A stretch of 43,632 bases of DNA from Lentisphaeria bacterium (GTDB taxonomy: Bacteria; Verrucomicrobiota; Lentisphaeria; Oligosphaerales; Oligosphaeraceae). The stretch is taken from NCBI GenBank assembly GCA_033809415.1, contig JAPXLT010000001.1:1-43632 (forward strand), read 5' to 3'. Positions 7,766 to 15,343 of this stretch are shown one piece after another. Within the stretch, counting starts at the first letter, position 1; each line of letters begins with the position of its first letter. The translations under genes and the position numbers were made by a program. The notes beneath the pieces are model-generated. The model did no database searches. It was not told the origin of the DNA and saw only the letters and a list, made by a program, of their open reading frames with translations.

Positions 7766-7895
7766 TCTTTTTTCTCCGACTGATCCGTCGGAGAAACCAA
7801 TAGACCAGATCATAAATCCGCGTGCCATCCCATCCGTCAGAGCAGCAACCCCTAGAAAATTTTCGTGCCTTTTCGTGTCTTTTCGTGGTTAAAAA
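7766..7895 (+). repeat. D element copy 3, long form (hairpin module plus D core)
   Basis: TTTTTTCTCCGACTGATCCGTCGGAGAAACC...GCGTGCCATCCCATCCGTCAGAGCAGCAACCCCTAGAAAATTTTCGTGCCTTTTCGTGTCTTTTCGTGGTTAAAAAC. Same architecture as 15218-15341 and 31714-31836 in reverse. Confidence 0.9.
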
Positions 7896-8005
7896 CGTAA
7901 AAACGTCGTTTTTGACTCGGCTTGAAAAATTCGGCATGGGGGATTATCTTATTATACTTTACCTTTTATTTTTCAAGTTTTTCCACGTTTTAAGGAGGAT
8001 TTTTT

Positions 8006-8110
8006 ATGAGTCAGCAACATACCAAAGCTGCAAAAAGAGTTCGGCGCAAACGTTATTTGGAACGGGTTCGGGAACGTATCCGGGACGAAAAAAATAAAAA
8101 GAAACGCTGA
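8006..8110 (+). CDS. Candidate small, highly basic protein (34 aa: MSQQHTKAAKRVRRKRYLERVRERIRDEKNKKKR)
   Basis: Below the ORF-track length cutoff and found by eye. Strong SD (TAAGGAGGAT) 6-7 nt before ATG 8006; TGA at 8108-8110. 16 of 34 residues are K or R. No homolog recognised. Confidence 0.4.
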   Translation: MSQQHTKAAKRVRRKRYLERVRERIRDEKNKKKR

Positions 8111-8374
8111 ACGTATCCTCGGGTTTTCGCGGGAATTTAATGAGAGTGCCTCGGCAAGATTATGATGAACTTGGCGAGGCGTATTTCTTTCATGCGGGGA
8201 TCGTTTTGTGCAAAACGATTCGATTTTATCCGGACATTGGTTAGAAAAAGTTTTTGAGACCATGAGTGGGTATCAGCCCCTCGGGACTGACAGGCACTCA
8301 TGGTTTGCAAAGACTTTTCGGCTGATTGCCGGGGCAACAAGCAAAAAACAAAAAGAAGAAAAGGAAAAGAGCCA
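8111..8374 (+). promoter_or_regulatory. Hairpin-rich leader between the small ORF and ppdK (candidate terminator/attenuator or structured 5' UTR)
   Basis: Three stem-loops read by eye. GCCTCGGCAAG/CTTGGCGAGGC at 8148-8180. ATCGTTTTG/CAAAACGAT at 8200-8219, followed by TCGATTTTAT. ACCATGAGTG/CACTCATGGT at 8259-8304, enclosing a small inner hairpin. Confidence 0.3.
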
Positions 8375-11164
8375 ATGGCAACAAAAGCCGTAAAGAATGA
8401 CAAAAAAGCGGATGCAGCAGTAGCAAAAGCCCCGAAATATGTGTATCTGTTTGGTGGAAAGGACGCCGAAGGGGATGCCAAAATGCGCAATCTTCTCGGT
8501 GGAAAAGGTGCCAACCTGGCAGAAATGAACCGTTTGGGCTTGCCGGTGCCGGCAGGATTTACCATTACCACTGAATGCTGCACAGCCTATTTCAAGAATG
8601 GTGGACAGTTTCCCGAAACGCTTCTTGGCGAAATCCAGGAAGGCTTGGCCAAAGTCGAAAAGATCATGGGATGCAAGTATGGCGACAAGGATAACCCACT
8701 GCTGCTCAGCTGCCGCTCCGGCGCACGCCAGTCAATGCCCGGCATGATGGACACAGTGCTGAATATCGGACTGACCTCGAAAACGATCCCCGGCTTGATT
8801 AAAAGCACGAACAATGAGCGCTTTGTCTGGGATTCCTACCGTCGTCTGATTATGATGTATGCCGATGTGGTGATGGAAAAAGCCGAGGGCATCGACCCGG
8901 CCGACGGCAAGGGCATCCGCCGCTTGCTGGATGAGCTTCTCGATCAGTACAAGTACATCAAAAATTATAAAATGGATACAGACCTGACGGCGGAAGACCT
9001 GAAAGACCTGGCCTCCGCATTCAAGCGCCGCATCGTGGAAGTCCTCGGAAAAGAATTCCCGGACGATCCGATGGAGCAGCTGCTCGGCGGCATTGGCGCT
9101 GTCTTCAAAAGCTGGGTTGGGAAAAAAGCGGTGTCCTACCGCCGCATCGAAGGCATTCCGGATGATTGGGGCACTGCCGTCAACGTGCAGGCGATGGTCT
9201 TTGGCAACAAGGGTGAGAATTCCGCCACTGGCGTTGCTTTTACCCGCAATCCTGCCACCGGTCAGAACAAGTTCTTTGGTGAATGGCTGATCAATGCCCA
9301 GGGCGAAGACGTGGTTGCCGGTATCCGCACGCCCAGCCCCCTGAACAAGGAAACGAAGACCGACCAGAACAAGCACATGAAGTCTATGCAGGAACTCATG
9401 CCGGAGACCTATAAGGAACTGGTCGAGTACCGCAATATCCTGGAAAAACATTACCGGGATATGCAGGATATCGAATTCACTGTCGAAGACGGACGCCTCT
9501 TCATGCTCCAGTGCCGCAGTGGAAAACGCGGCGGAAAAGCTGCTGTCAATATGGCTTTGGATATGTTTGATGAAGGTCTCATCGACGAAGAAACCGCAGT
9601 GATGCGCGTGCATCCCAACCAGGTGCTCGAATTTCTGCTGCCGATCATCGAGCCGACGGCCGAAAGCAAGGCCCAGCGCCTGGTTAAGGGACTCCCTGCC
9701 GGCCCCGGCGCGGCATGCGGCGAAATCTATTTCACCAACCAGGATGCCATCCAGGCCGACCGCATAGGTAAAAAGGTCATCCTGGTTCGCGAGGAAACCA
9801 ATCCCGAGGACGTCGAAGGCATGCGGGTGGCGGACGGTATCCTGACCGCTCGCGGCGGTATGACCAGTCACGCCGCTCTGGTGGCTCGCGGCTGGGGCAA
9901 AAGCTGTGTTGTCGGTGCTGCTGAAATGCAGATCGATGCCGCCAATAAGACGCTGCGTGTCGGTGACGTGCTCCTGCGGGAGGGCGATCAGCTGACAATG
10001 AATGGTTCCACTGGCGTGGTCTATCAGGGAACTTTGCCCCTGGTCGAGCCGACTGCAGGCGAGGATTATGCGCGTTTCATGCGTTTTATGGCGATGGCGG
10101 ACAAATACCGCACAATGGGCGTCCGGGCCAATGCCGACAACCCGGCTGATGCCAAAAAGGCGCGTACACTCGGGGCGGAGGGCATTGGCTTGTTCCGTAC
10201 GGAGCACATGTTCTACGGACCTGGCTCGGCACAGTCGCTTTTCCTGCTCCGCAAGATGATTCTCTGCGTGAACACCCAGGATCGCATCAATGTCCTTAAA
10301 GAGCTGTTCCCGGCGATGAAGAAAGACATCAAGGACACGTTGACGGTCATGGAAGATTATCCTGTGACTGTGCGTCTCTTGGACCCGCCTCTGCATGAAT
10401 TTGTGCCGCATTCACCGCTGGGTCGCAAAGAGCTGGCTGCTGCCTTGGGCATTGCCGAGGATGAAGTGCACAAACGCGTGGACGCCTTGGCGGAAAGCAA
10501 CCCGATGATGGGGCACCGCGGCGTGCGTTTGAGTATTACCTATCCGGAAGTGACTGAATATCAGGTACGGGCCATTCTGGAAGCTTCGGCCGAATTGATC
10601 GTCGAGGGCAAGAAAGTGATTCCTGAGATCATGATTCCAGTCACCTGCGATGTGCGCGAACTCGAGTATGTCCGGGATATCGTCGTGCGTGTACATGAAG
10701 AGATCAAGCGTCGTTTCGACCTGAAGAAATTCGAGTATAGCCTCGGCACCATGATCGAGATACCACGCGCAGCTCTGATGGCCGACGAACTGGCCCGGGT
10801 TGCCGAATTCTTCTCGTTCGGAACCAACGATCTGACCCAAATGACCTTTGGTTTCAGCCGAGATGATACCGGCAGCTTCATGAATCACTATCTGGAAAAT
10901 CGCATGCTCGATGCGGACCCCTTCCAGACCATCGATAGGAATGGCGTTGGCGCGCTGATCAAGCTGGCTGCCGGCGGTGGGCGTGACACCAATCCCAAGC
11001 TAAAATTGGGTATCTGCGGTGAGCAGGGTGGAGATTCGGCCTCGGTCGAATTCTGTCATAGCGCCGGTTTGACCTATGTCAGCTGTTCTCCGTTCCGGGT
11101 TCCGGTTGCCAGGGTCGCTGCCGCACAGGCTGCCATCAAAGCCAGTAAAGCTGCAAAAAAATAA
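8375..11164 (+). CDS. ppdK: Pyruvate, phosphate dikinase
   Basis: Track ORF 8300-11164 trimmed to ATG 8375 (AAGGAAAAG RBS). KYVYLFGG...MRNLLGGKGANLAEMNRLGLPVPAGFTITTECC N-terminus; phosphohistidine swivel motif GGMTSHAALVARGWGK; C-terminal PEP-utilising TIM barrel (GTNDLTQMTFGFSRDD). Confidence 0.95.
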   Translation: MATKAVKNDKKADAAVAKAPKYVYLFGGKDAEGDAKMRNLLGGKGANLAEMNRLGLPVPAGFTITTECCTAYFKNGGQFPETLLGEIQEGLAKVEKIMGCKYGDKDNPLLLSCRSGARQSMPGMMDTVLNIGLTSKTIPGLIKSTNNERFVWDSYRRLIMMYADVVMEKAEGIDPADGKGIRRLLDELLDQYKYIKNYKMDTDLTAEDLKDLASAFKRRIVEVLGKEFPDDPMEQLLGGIGAVFKSWVGKKAVSYRRIEGIPDDWGTAVNVQAMVFGNKGENSATGVAFTRNPATGQNKFFGEWLINAQGEDVVAGIRTPSPLNKETKTDQNKHMKSMQELMPETYKELVEYRNILEKHYRDMQDIEFTVEDGRLFMLQCRSGKRGGKAAVNMALDMFDEGLIDEETAVMRVHPNQVLEFLLPIIEPTAESKAQRLVKGLPAGPGAACGEIYFTNQDAIQADRIGKKVILVREETNPEDVEGMRVADGILTARGGMTSHAALVARGWGKSCVVGAAEMQIDAANKTLRVGDVLLREGDQLTMNGSTGVVYQGTLPLVEPTAGEDYARFMRFMAMADKYRTMGVRANADNPADAKKARTLGAEGIGLFRTEHMFYGPGSAQSLFLLRKMILCVNTQDRINVLKELFPAMKKDIKDTLTVMEDYPVTVRLLDPPLHEFVPHSPLGRKELAAALGIAEDEVHKRVDALAESNPMMGHRGVRLSITYPEVTEYQVRAILEASAELIVEGKKVIPEIMIPVTCDVRELEYVRDIVVRVHEEIKRRFDLKKFEYSLGTMIEIPRAALMADELARVAEFFSFGTNDLTQMTFGFSRDDTGSFMNHYLENRMLDADPFQTIDRNGVGALIKLAAGGGRDTNPKLKLGICGEQGGDSASVEFCHSAGLTYVSCSPFRVPVARVAAAQAAIKASKAAKK

Positions 11165-11187
11165 GAGTAAAACCTGATTGAAAGCAC

Positions 11188-11226
11188 AAAAAAGCCCGGG
11201 GAAGCACATTTCCCGGGCTTTTTTTT
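11188..11226 (+). terminator. Rho-independent terminator downstream of ppdK (bidirectional shape)
   Basis: AAAAAAGCCCGGG-gaagcacattt-CCCGGGCTTTTTTTT: 7-bp GC stem, 11-nt loop, T8 tail, A-run upstream. Confidence 0.85.
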
Positions 11227-11228
11227 CG

Positions 11229-11669
11229 GGCAGGTGGCAGGGTGCGGGGTGCAGGTTTAAAAAGTGGCGCAACCGTCCCGGTTGTGTGGTGCAGGGTGCA
11301 GGGTGCGGGGTGCGGGGTGCAGGGTGCAGGGTGCAGGGTGCAGGTGTCAGGGTGCAGGGGGCGTAGAGGACTATGTTCTGTCCACCCTGTCCACCGCGTC
11401 CACAATGTCCACTTTATCCATAGTGTCCAGCCTGCCCCCTGCACCCTGCACCCTGCACCCTCCTTCCCTCGCGCACGCGGTAAGGGTGGTTCGCCCCCTG
11501 GTTGGGTGGGGCTTGGAGGCTGTCTGAACCACGGCGAAAAAATAGTGCCGCAAAAACGATTTTTCAAGCAGAATCATAAGAAGTCATGCAGAAACATAGA
11601 AAATCCACAGAAGTCATAGCAATTCCTAATCCTGGAAATCTGCCTTTTCGTGCCTTTCGTGGTTAAAAA
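11229..11669 (+). repeat. Full composite mosaic: G-heptamers / module A / G-heptamers / GTCCAC 9-mers / C-heptamers / module B / D tail
   Basis: G-heptamers 11229-11254. A at 11255-11287. (GGGTGCR)n at 11288-11366. Six 9-mers (GTCCACNNN) at 11380-11433. (CCCTGCA)n at 11434-11463. B at 11468-11644. Partial D (CCTTTTCGTGCCTTTCGTGGTTAAAAAC) at 11641-11669. Confidence 0.9.
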
Positions 11670-11754
11670 CTTTTTTGGACACCCCTAAAGTCGTGTCAGT
11701 CGCGTCAGAAGTTTGAAATGATGATTTGCTGAAATGCCTTCGGAAACTATGTTA

Positions 11755-11967
11755 AGTAGGGTGCAGGGTGCAGGGTGCAGGTTTAAAAAGTAGCGCAACC
11801 GTCCCGGTTGTGATGGTGCAGGGGACAGGGTGCAGGGTGCAGGGTGTGTCCCCTGTCCACGCCGTCCACCCTGTCCACGCCGTCCACCCTGTCCACCCTG
11901 TCCACCCTGTCCACTACGTCTGACCTGCCCCCTGCCCCCTGCACCCTGCACCCTGTCCCCTGCACCC
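11755..11967 (+). repeat. Short composite: G-heptamers / module A / 30-bp perfect inverted repeat enclosing eight GTCCAC 9-mers
   Basis: A at 11781-11816. GGTGCAGGGGACAGGGTGCAGGGTGCAGGG (11815-11844) is the exact reverse complement of 11937-11966. 9-mer units at 11855-11926. Ends 23 nt before the PHP gene ATG. Confidence 0.9.
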
Positions 11968-11989
11968 TTTACCAAAGAATTCTTGCCAG

Positions 11990-12886
11990 ATGAAGATCAA
12001 GCAAAATTTTCACATTCATTCTCAACGCTCCTGTGACAGCGCCTGCGCGAGTATCCTCGATATCATCGCGGAAATGGAGGAGTTCGGGATCGAAGAATAC
12101 GGTTTGACAGATCATATTCATACAGCATACAATCTGCCGGATGTTATAAGTGCAAGAAGGGATTATCTTGCCTCGCGTCCACCGGCAAATTTTCATTTTG
12201 GCGTCGAGGTGAGCTGCATGGATCAGCGGGAATGCGACCGCGTGGCGGCTGGCGATTATACTGCATGGGGTGACGAACCGGTCTATGGCTTCCGCGACAT
12301 GACCGACTATACAGGACAAATGGCCATCGGCATTACGCCGGAGGAAATCCTGGAGCTTGGCATTGAATATGTGGTCGGTGGCGTGCATTGGCCGCTGACA
12401 GTGTCGGAAGACCGTGATACGATCATTCGGAATTATCTCGATCAGCAACTGTTTCTTGTCAGGCATCCATCCGTGCACGTGCTGGCTCATCCCTGGGATT
12501 CACTGGCCCATGCTGTGGGCAACTGGTATAAGTACCGGACTAAGGAGCATGTCGATCTTACCGCATTCCGTTTTATTCCGGAAGAATACAACGATGCCCT
12601 GGCGCAGGCTCTTCTCGAGGAGGGAAAAGCCGCCGAGGTGAATCTCGCCGTTGTCGGGGGTGCTATTCCGGAAGTCCGGGAATATATGTTGAAACTCTTC
12701 GCAGGTTGGAAGCAGAAGGGAGTGAAATTCACCATCGGTGACGACCTGCATAAGGCCCATTTCTCGAAAGAGCTGTTCGAACGTGCAGAACAGTGGCTTA
12801 CAGAATGGGGGTTTGCAGAGAATGATTTTGTGCTTCCGTTTCAACAGAAATCGAAACAATATTTGCCAGAGCAACAAACCCTATAA
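11990..12886 (+). CDS. PHP-domain metal-dependent phosphoesterase (histidinol-phosphatase-like)
   Basis: 298-aa ORF. N-terminal FHIHSQRSCDS and LTDHIHT resemble the PHP His/Asp metal motifs. The last 7 codons and the TAA stop lie inside D element copy 5. Confidence 0.65.
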   Translation: MKIKQNFHIHSQRSCDSACASILDIIAEMEEFGIEEYGLTDHIHTAYNLPDVISARRDYLASRPPANFHFGVEVSCMDQRECDRVAAGDYTAWGDEPVYGFRDMTDYTGQMAIGITPEEILELGIEYVVGGVHWPLTVSEDRDTIIRNYLDQQLFLVRHPSVHVLAHPWDSLAHAVGNWYKYRTKEHVDLTAFRFIPEEYNDALAQALLEEGKAAEVNLAVVGGAIPEVREYMLKLFAGWKQKGVKFTIGDDLHKAHFSKELFERAEQWLTEWGFAENDFVLPFQQKSKQYLPEQQTL

Positions 12887-12926
12887 AAAATTTTCGTGCC
12901 TTTTCGTGTTTTTTCGTTGTTAAAAA
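12866..12926 (+). repeat. D element copy 5 (forward), overlapping the 3' end of the PHP gene
   Basis: CCAGAGCAACAAACCCTATAAAAAATTTTCGTGCCTTTTCGTGTTTTTTCGTTGTTAAAAAA. Confidence 0.9.
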
Positions 12927-12968
12927 ATAGATTGTGGGCGTCAGCCCACCCCAAAAGGAGAAGTCCAA

Positions 12969-15197
12969 ATGCAGATTCCATTTCTTGATGCATTGCAGTG
13001 CGGAAACATCGAGTTCAAGCCATACGCCGTCATTGGCAACCAAAGAATCGAGGGCGTCCAGAGCAGTTTCCAATACAACCCGGAGCGTGGAAATGCGCAT
13101 CTGATCCTGGAAAAACAGGCTCTCTTCCGGGACGATCTTTTCTTCACCTTCGAGAAGGATCAGATCGTCTGCCGCCGCAAGTTCCAGAATCTTTCCGGAC
13201 AAGTCATGAAGCTCAACGAACTGGGGATCACCCTCGAGGGAATCACTTTCGGCGGCATTCCCCGGGAGGACTTCTTCTACCATAACGAGAACCCGCGGAT
13301 TTACGAGGTCATGGCATTCCCCATTGACTACCAGCGCACAGGCGAGGACGCCAAGGATTCCTCCTTTGATCTCCAGGCTGGAAACCGCTGGGCGGACCCT
13401 GGCGTGGTCTGCGAACGCATCGGGCGCAGCCCCTACCAGCCCTTTCCCGCGATCCTGCTGGGAAACTACAAGTCGGTTCACGGCATTGTCCACGGCACGC
13501 TGAGCCAGAGGGTCTTCTTCCACAACTATCTTCTCAGCCATGACGGCGATACAGTGACCATGGAGATTTTTTCGGGATTCAAGGACACTGCATGGCTCGA
13601 AGTCGCGCCAGAACGCATCCTCACCGATGAATGGTACCTGGGGGCTACGGAGCAGGCGGACCGCATCGAGCATATCTTTGACAACTATAGCAAAGTCCTG
13701 CGCAAAAAGCTCCCGCCTCTGTATGGAGCAACCGCAATCAACCGCGACAATATGGTCTGGGGGTCCTGGAACGACGGCCTGTTCCGGAAGATCAGCGAAG
13801 AACTGATCCTTGAAGAGGCGTGCTACCTTAAAAAACATTTCCCGACGGTACAATGGATCCAGGTGGATGACGGATATGCCAACCGGGACCTGAGAAAATC
13901 CGCCCACGGGCTGGGCGTTCCCTACGAAGGGGAAGACGGAGTCGCCTACCATAAATTCCCGGAAGGGCTCCGCTCGTTTACCGATAAAGTCCGTGCCATT
14001 GGATTGCGCCCGGCGATCTGGATCGGTGGATTCTGCCCGAAGGATACAAAAATCTACCAGGAACATCCGGAATGGTTCATTGACTACAGCTATCGCGTGG
14101 CTAAATCCTCACCTCTGGATGTGAGTCTCCCCGAGGCACGCAACTACATGACCTTTGCACTGGATAAGCTGATCACCGAATACGGCTTTGAATCAGTCAA
14201 GCATGATTTCTGGAGCTACGCTTTCGAGGACAGCCATGACCTTTACCGCAACCGTGACGCGTCCGGTTACGAATGGCGCGACTGGTGGCTCAAGGAGGTG
14301 CGCAAGAGGATAGAAAGCGACGGCTACTTGCAGACCGGATGCGATATCGTGATGGGCAACCCCTTCCTCGGTGAATTCTTCACCAATTACCGCTACGGAA
14401 TCGATATCGGCGGAGGCAACTGGGACTATGTCCGAACCAACTATCTCTGGGGAATGGCCTGCTTTGCAACCCATACGGGCGATCTCTTTGTGCCGAACAG
14501 TGATTCCGTCGGCCTGTTTCCGGGTCTCAATGACACGGAAGCGATGTTCTGCCTCAATTACTGCCTGGTCACCCATTCGATGGTCGAGATCGCAGGACGC
14601 CTCAGCCAGAATCCGGATTCGCCCCGGCTTGCTCCGCTCAAAAAGGCGGTGTGCAACCCCAACAACGGGCAGGATGTCTTCTTCACCAAATGGGATTACC
14701 TTGATCCGAAACAGAAATACCCCGCAGTGCTCTACTTCAAGACGGCGCATTTCTGCCCGGCGGAGGATCAACAGGGGCTGCCGCTCAGAACGGTAGGCAT
14801 GTTCAATCTCGAGGACGAGGAGCAAAACCTCTCATTCAAAGCCTCTGAACTGGGACTCGATGACTCCAAGACCTATGCCCTGACCGATGTCTGGAGCGGA
14901 GAAACGCTCGCATTGAAGGAGGCGTTCAGCTGTCCCGTTGAAGCACATGGGAGCCGCCTGCTGGCAGTCAGCGAAAGCGATTCAGCGCAGCTGCGCGATG
15001 CGGATATCCGGATTCTCAGAAGCCAGAAAAATGGATGCACCATGAAACTCTTCTTCGACTATGCCGCACAAGCTACCCTCACCTTTGCTTCCATACCCAC
15101 AAAAATCGTCCTGGACGGAGTCGAACTACCGACGCCGAAAGAACCAACCGTGCAAGCCGAAATAAAGGAAAACAGCATGATGGAAGTCGAGTTCTGA
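12969..15197 (+). CDS. Cytoplasmic glycoside hydrolase, alpha-galactosidase/melibiase-like (clan GH-D-like)
   Basis: AAGGAGAAG RBS and no signal peptide. WIQVDDGYA and FESVKHDFW resemble the DDGW and KxD motifs of GH36/GH27-type enzymes. The family is not certain. Confidence 0.6.
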   Translation: MQIPFLDALQCGNIEFKPYAVIGNQRIEGVQSSFQYNPERGNAHLILEKQALFRDDLFFTFEKDQIVCRRKFQNLSGQVMKLNELGITLEGITFGGIPREDFFYHNENPRIYEVMAFPIDYQRTGEDAKDSSFDLQAGNRWADPGVVCERIGRSPYQPFPAILLGNYKSVHGIVHGTLSQRVFFHNYLLSHDGDTVTMEIFSGFKDTAWLEVAPERILTDEWYLGATEQADRIEHIFDNYSKVLRKKLPPLYGATAINRDNMVWGSWNDGLFRKISEELILEEACYLKKHFPTVQWIQVDDGYANRDLRKSAHGLGVPYEGEDGVAYHKFPEGLRSFTDKVRAIGLRPAIWIGGFCPKDTKIYQEHPEWFIDYSYRVAKSSPLDVSLPEARNYMTFALDKLITEYGFESVKHDFWSYAFEDSHDLYRNRDASGYEWRDWWLKEVRKRIESDGYLQTGCDIVMGNPFLGEFFTNYRYGIDIGGGNWDYVRTNYLWGMACFATHTGDLFVPNSDSVGLFPGLNDTEAMFCLNYCLVTHSMVEIAGRLSQNPDSPRLAPLKKAVCNPNNGQDVFFTKWDYLDPKQKYPAVLYFKTAHFCPAEDQQGLPLRTVGMFNLEDEEQNLSFKASELGLDDSKTYALTDVWSGETLALKEAFSCPVEAHGSRLLAVSESDSAQLRDADIRILRSQKNGCTMKLFFDYAAQATLTFASIPTKIVLDGVELPTPKEPTVQAEIKENSMMEVEF

Positions 15198-15217
15198 GCG
15201 GACGAACGCACAATACA

Positions 15218-15341
15218 TTTTTTAACAACGAAAAGGCACGAAAAGGCAAATTTTTTATAGGGTGTTGCTTTGACGGATGGGATGGCACGCGGACTGTGAT
15301 CAGGGACGCTGGTTTCTCCGACGGATCCGTCGGAGAAAAAA
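15218..15341 (-). repeat. D element copy 6, long form (reverse), filling the convergent gap
   Basis: TTTTTTAACAACGAAAAGGCACGAAAAGGCAAATTTTTTATAGGGTGTTGCTTTGACGGATGGGATGGCACGC...GGTTTCTCCGACGGATCCGTCGGAGAAAAAA. Perfect 7-bp hairpin at 15316-15335. Confidence 0.9.
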
Positions 15342-15343
15342 GA

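Noticed and set aside
8732-10411. A 559-aa ORF antisense to ppdK. Similar long antisense ORFs occur at 12798-14066, 4647-5189, 19840-20478, 20517-21083, 36468-37589, 37602-38366, 40191-40898 and 41313-41987.
   Set aside because: Each lies wholly inside a gene with unmistakable family motifs on the other strand. Their products are low-complexity (Arg/His/Gly-rich) with no recognisable motif. These are typical shadow ORFs of GC-rich coding sequence.
11136-11567. Module B peptides sharing RF[CF]GTIFSPWFR (ORFs 1532-1840, 11136-11567, 25420-25719) as a possible small-protein family.
   Set aside because: All three begin at TTG. A 1-nt indel in the third copy changes the downstream frame while DNA similarity continues. 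The remainder of each ORF is array-encoded low complexity.
15316-15341. The D-associated hairpins (CTCCGAC-N6-GTCGGAG with a neighbouring homopolymer run, and the D-D palindromes) as intrinsic terminators for the convergent or adjacent genes.
   Set aside because: On either strand the T-run precedes the stem and an A-run follows it, so no transcript gets a stem followed by a U-tract. Only 11188-11226 (after ppdK) and, weakly, 19380-19412 have proper terminator polarity.
15198-15343. Looked for an att-type direct repeat of the tRNA 3' end, or an integrase, to define a genomic island covering 15344-19417.
   Set aside because: By eye there is no copy of TGGTGGGCCCAGCTGG... or its complement at the far border, and no integrase or recombinase gene in the block. 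The island idea is therefore kept only as a low-interest compositional note.
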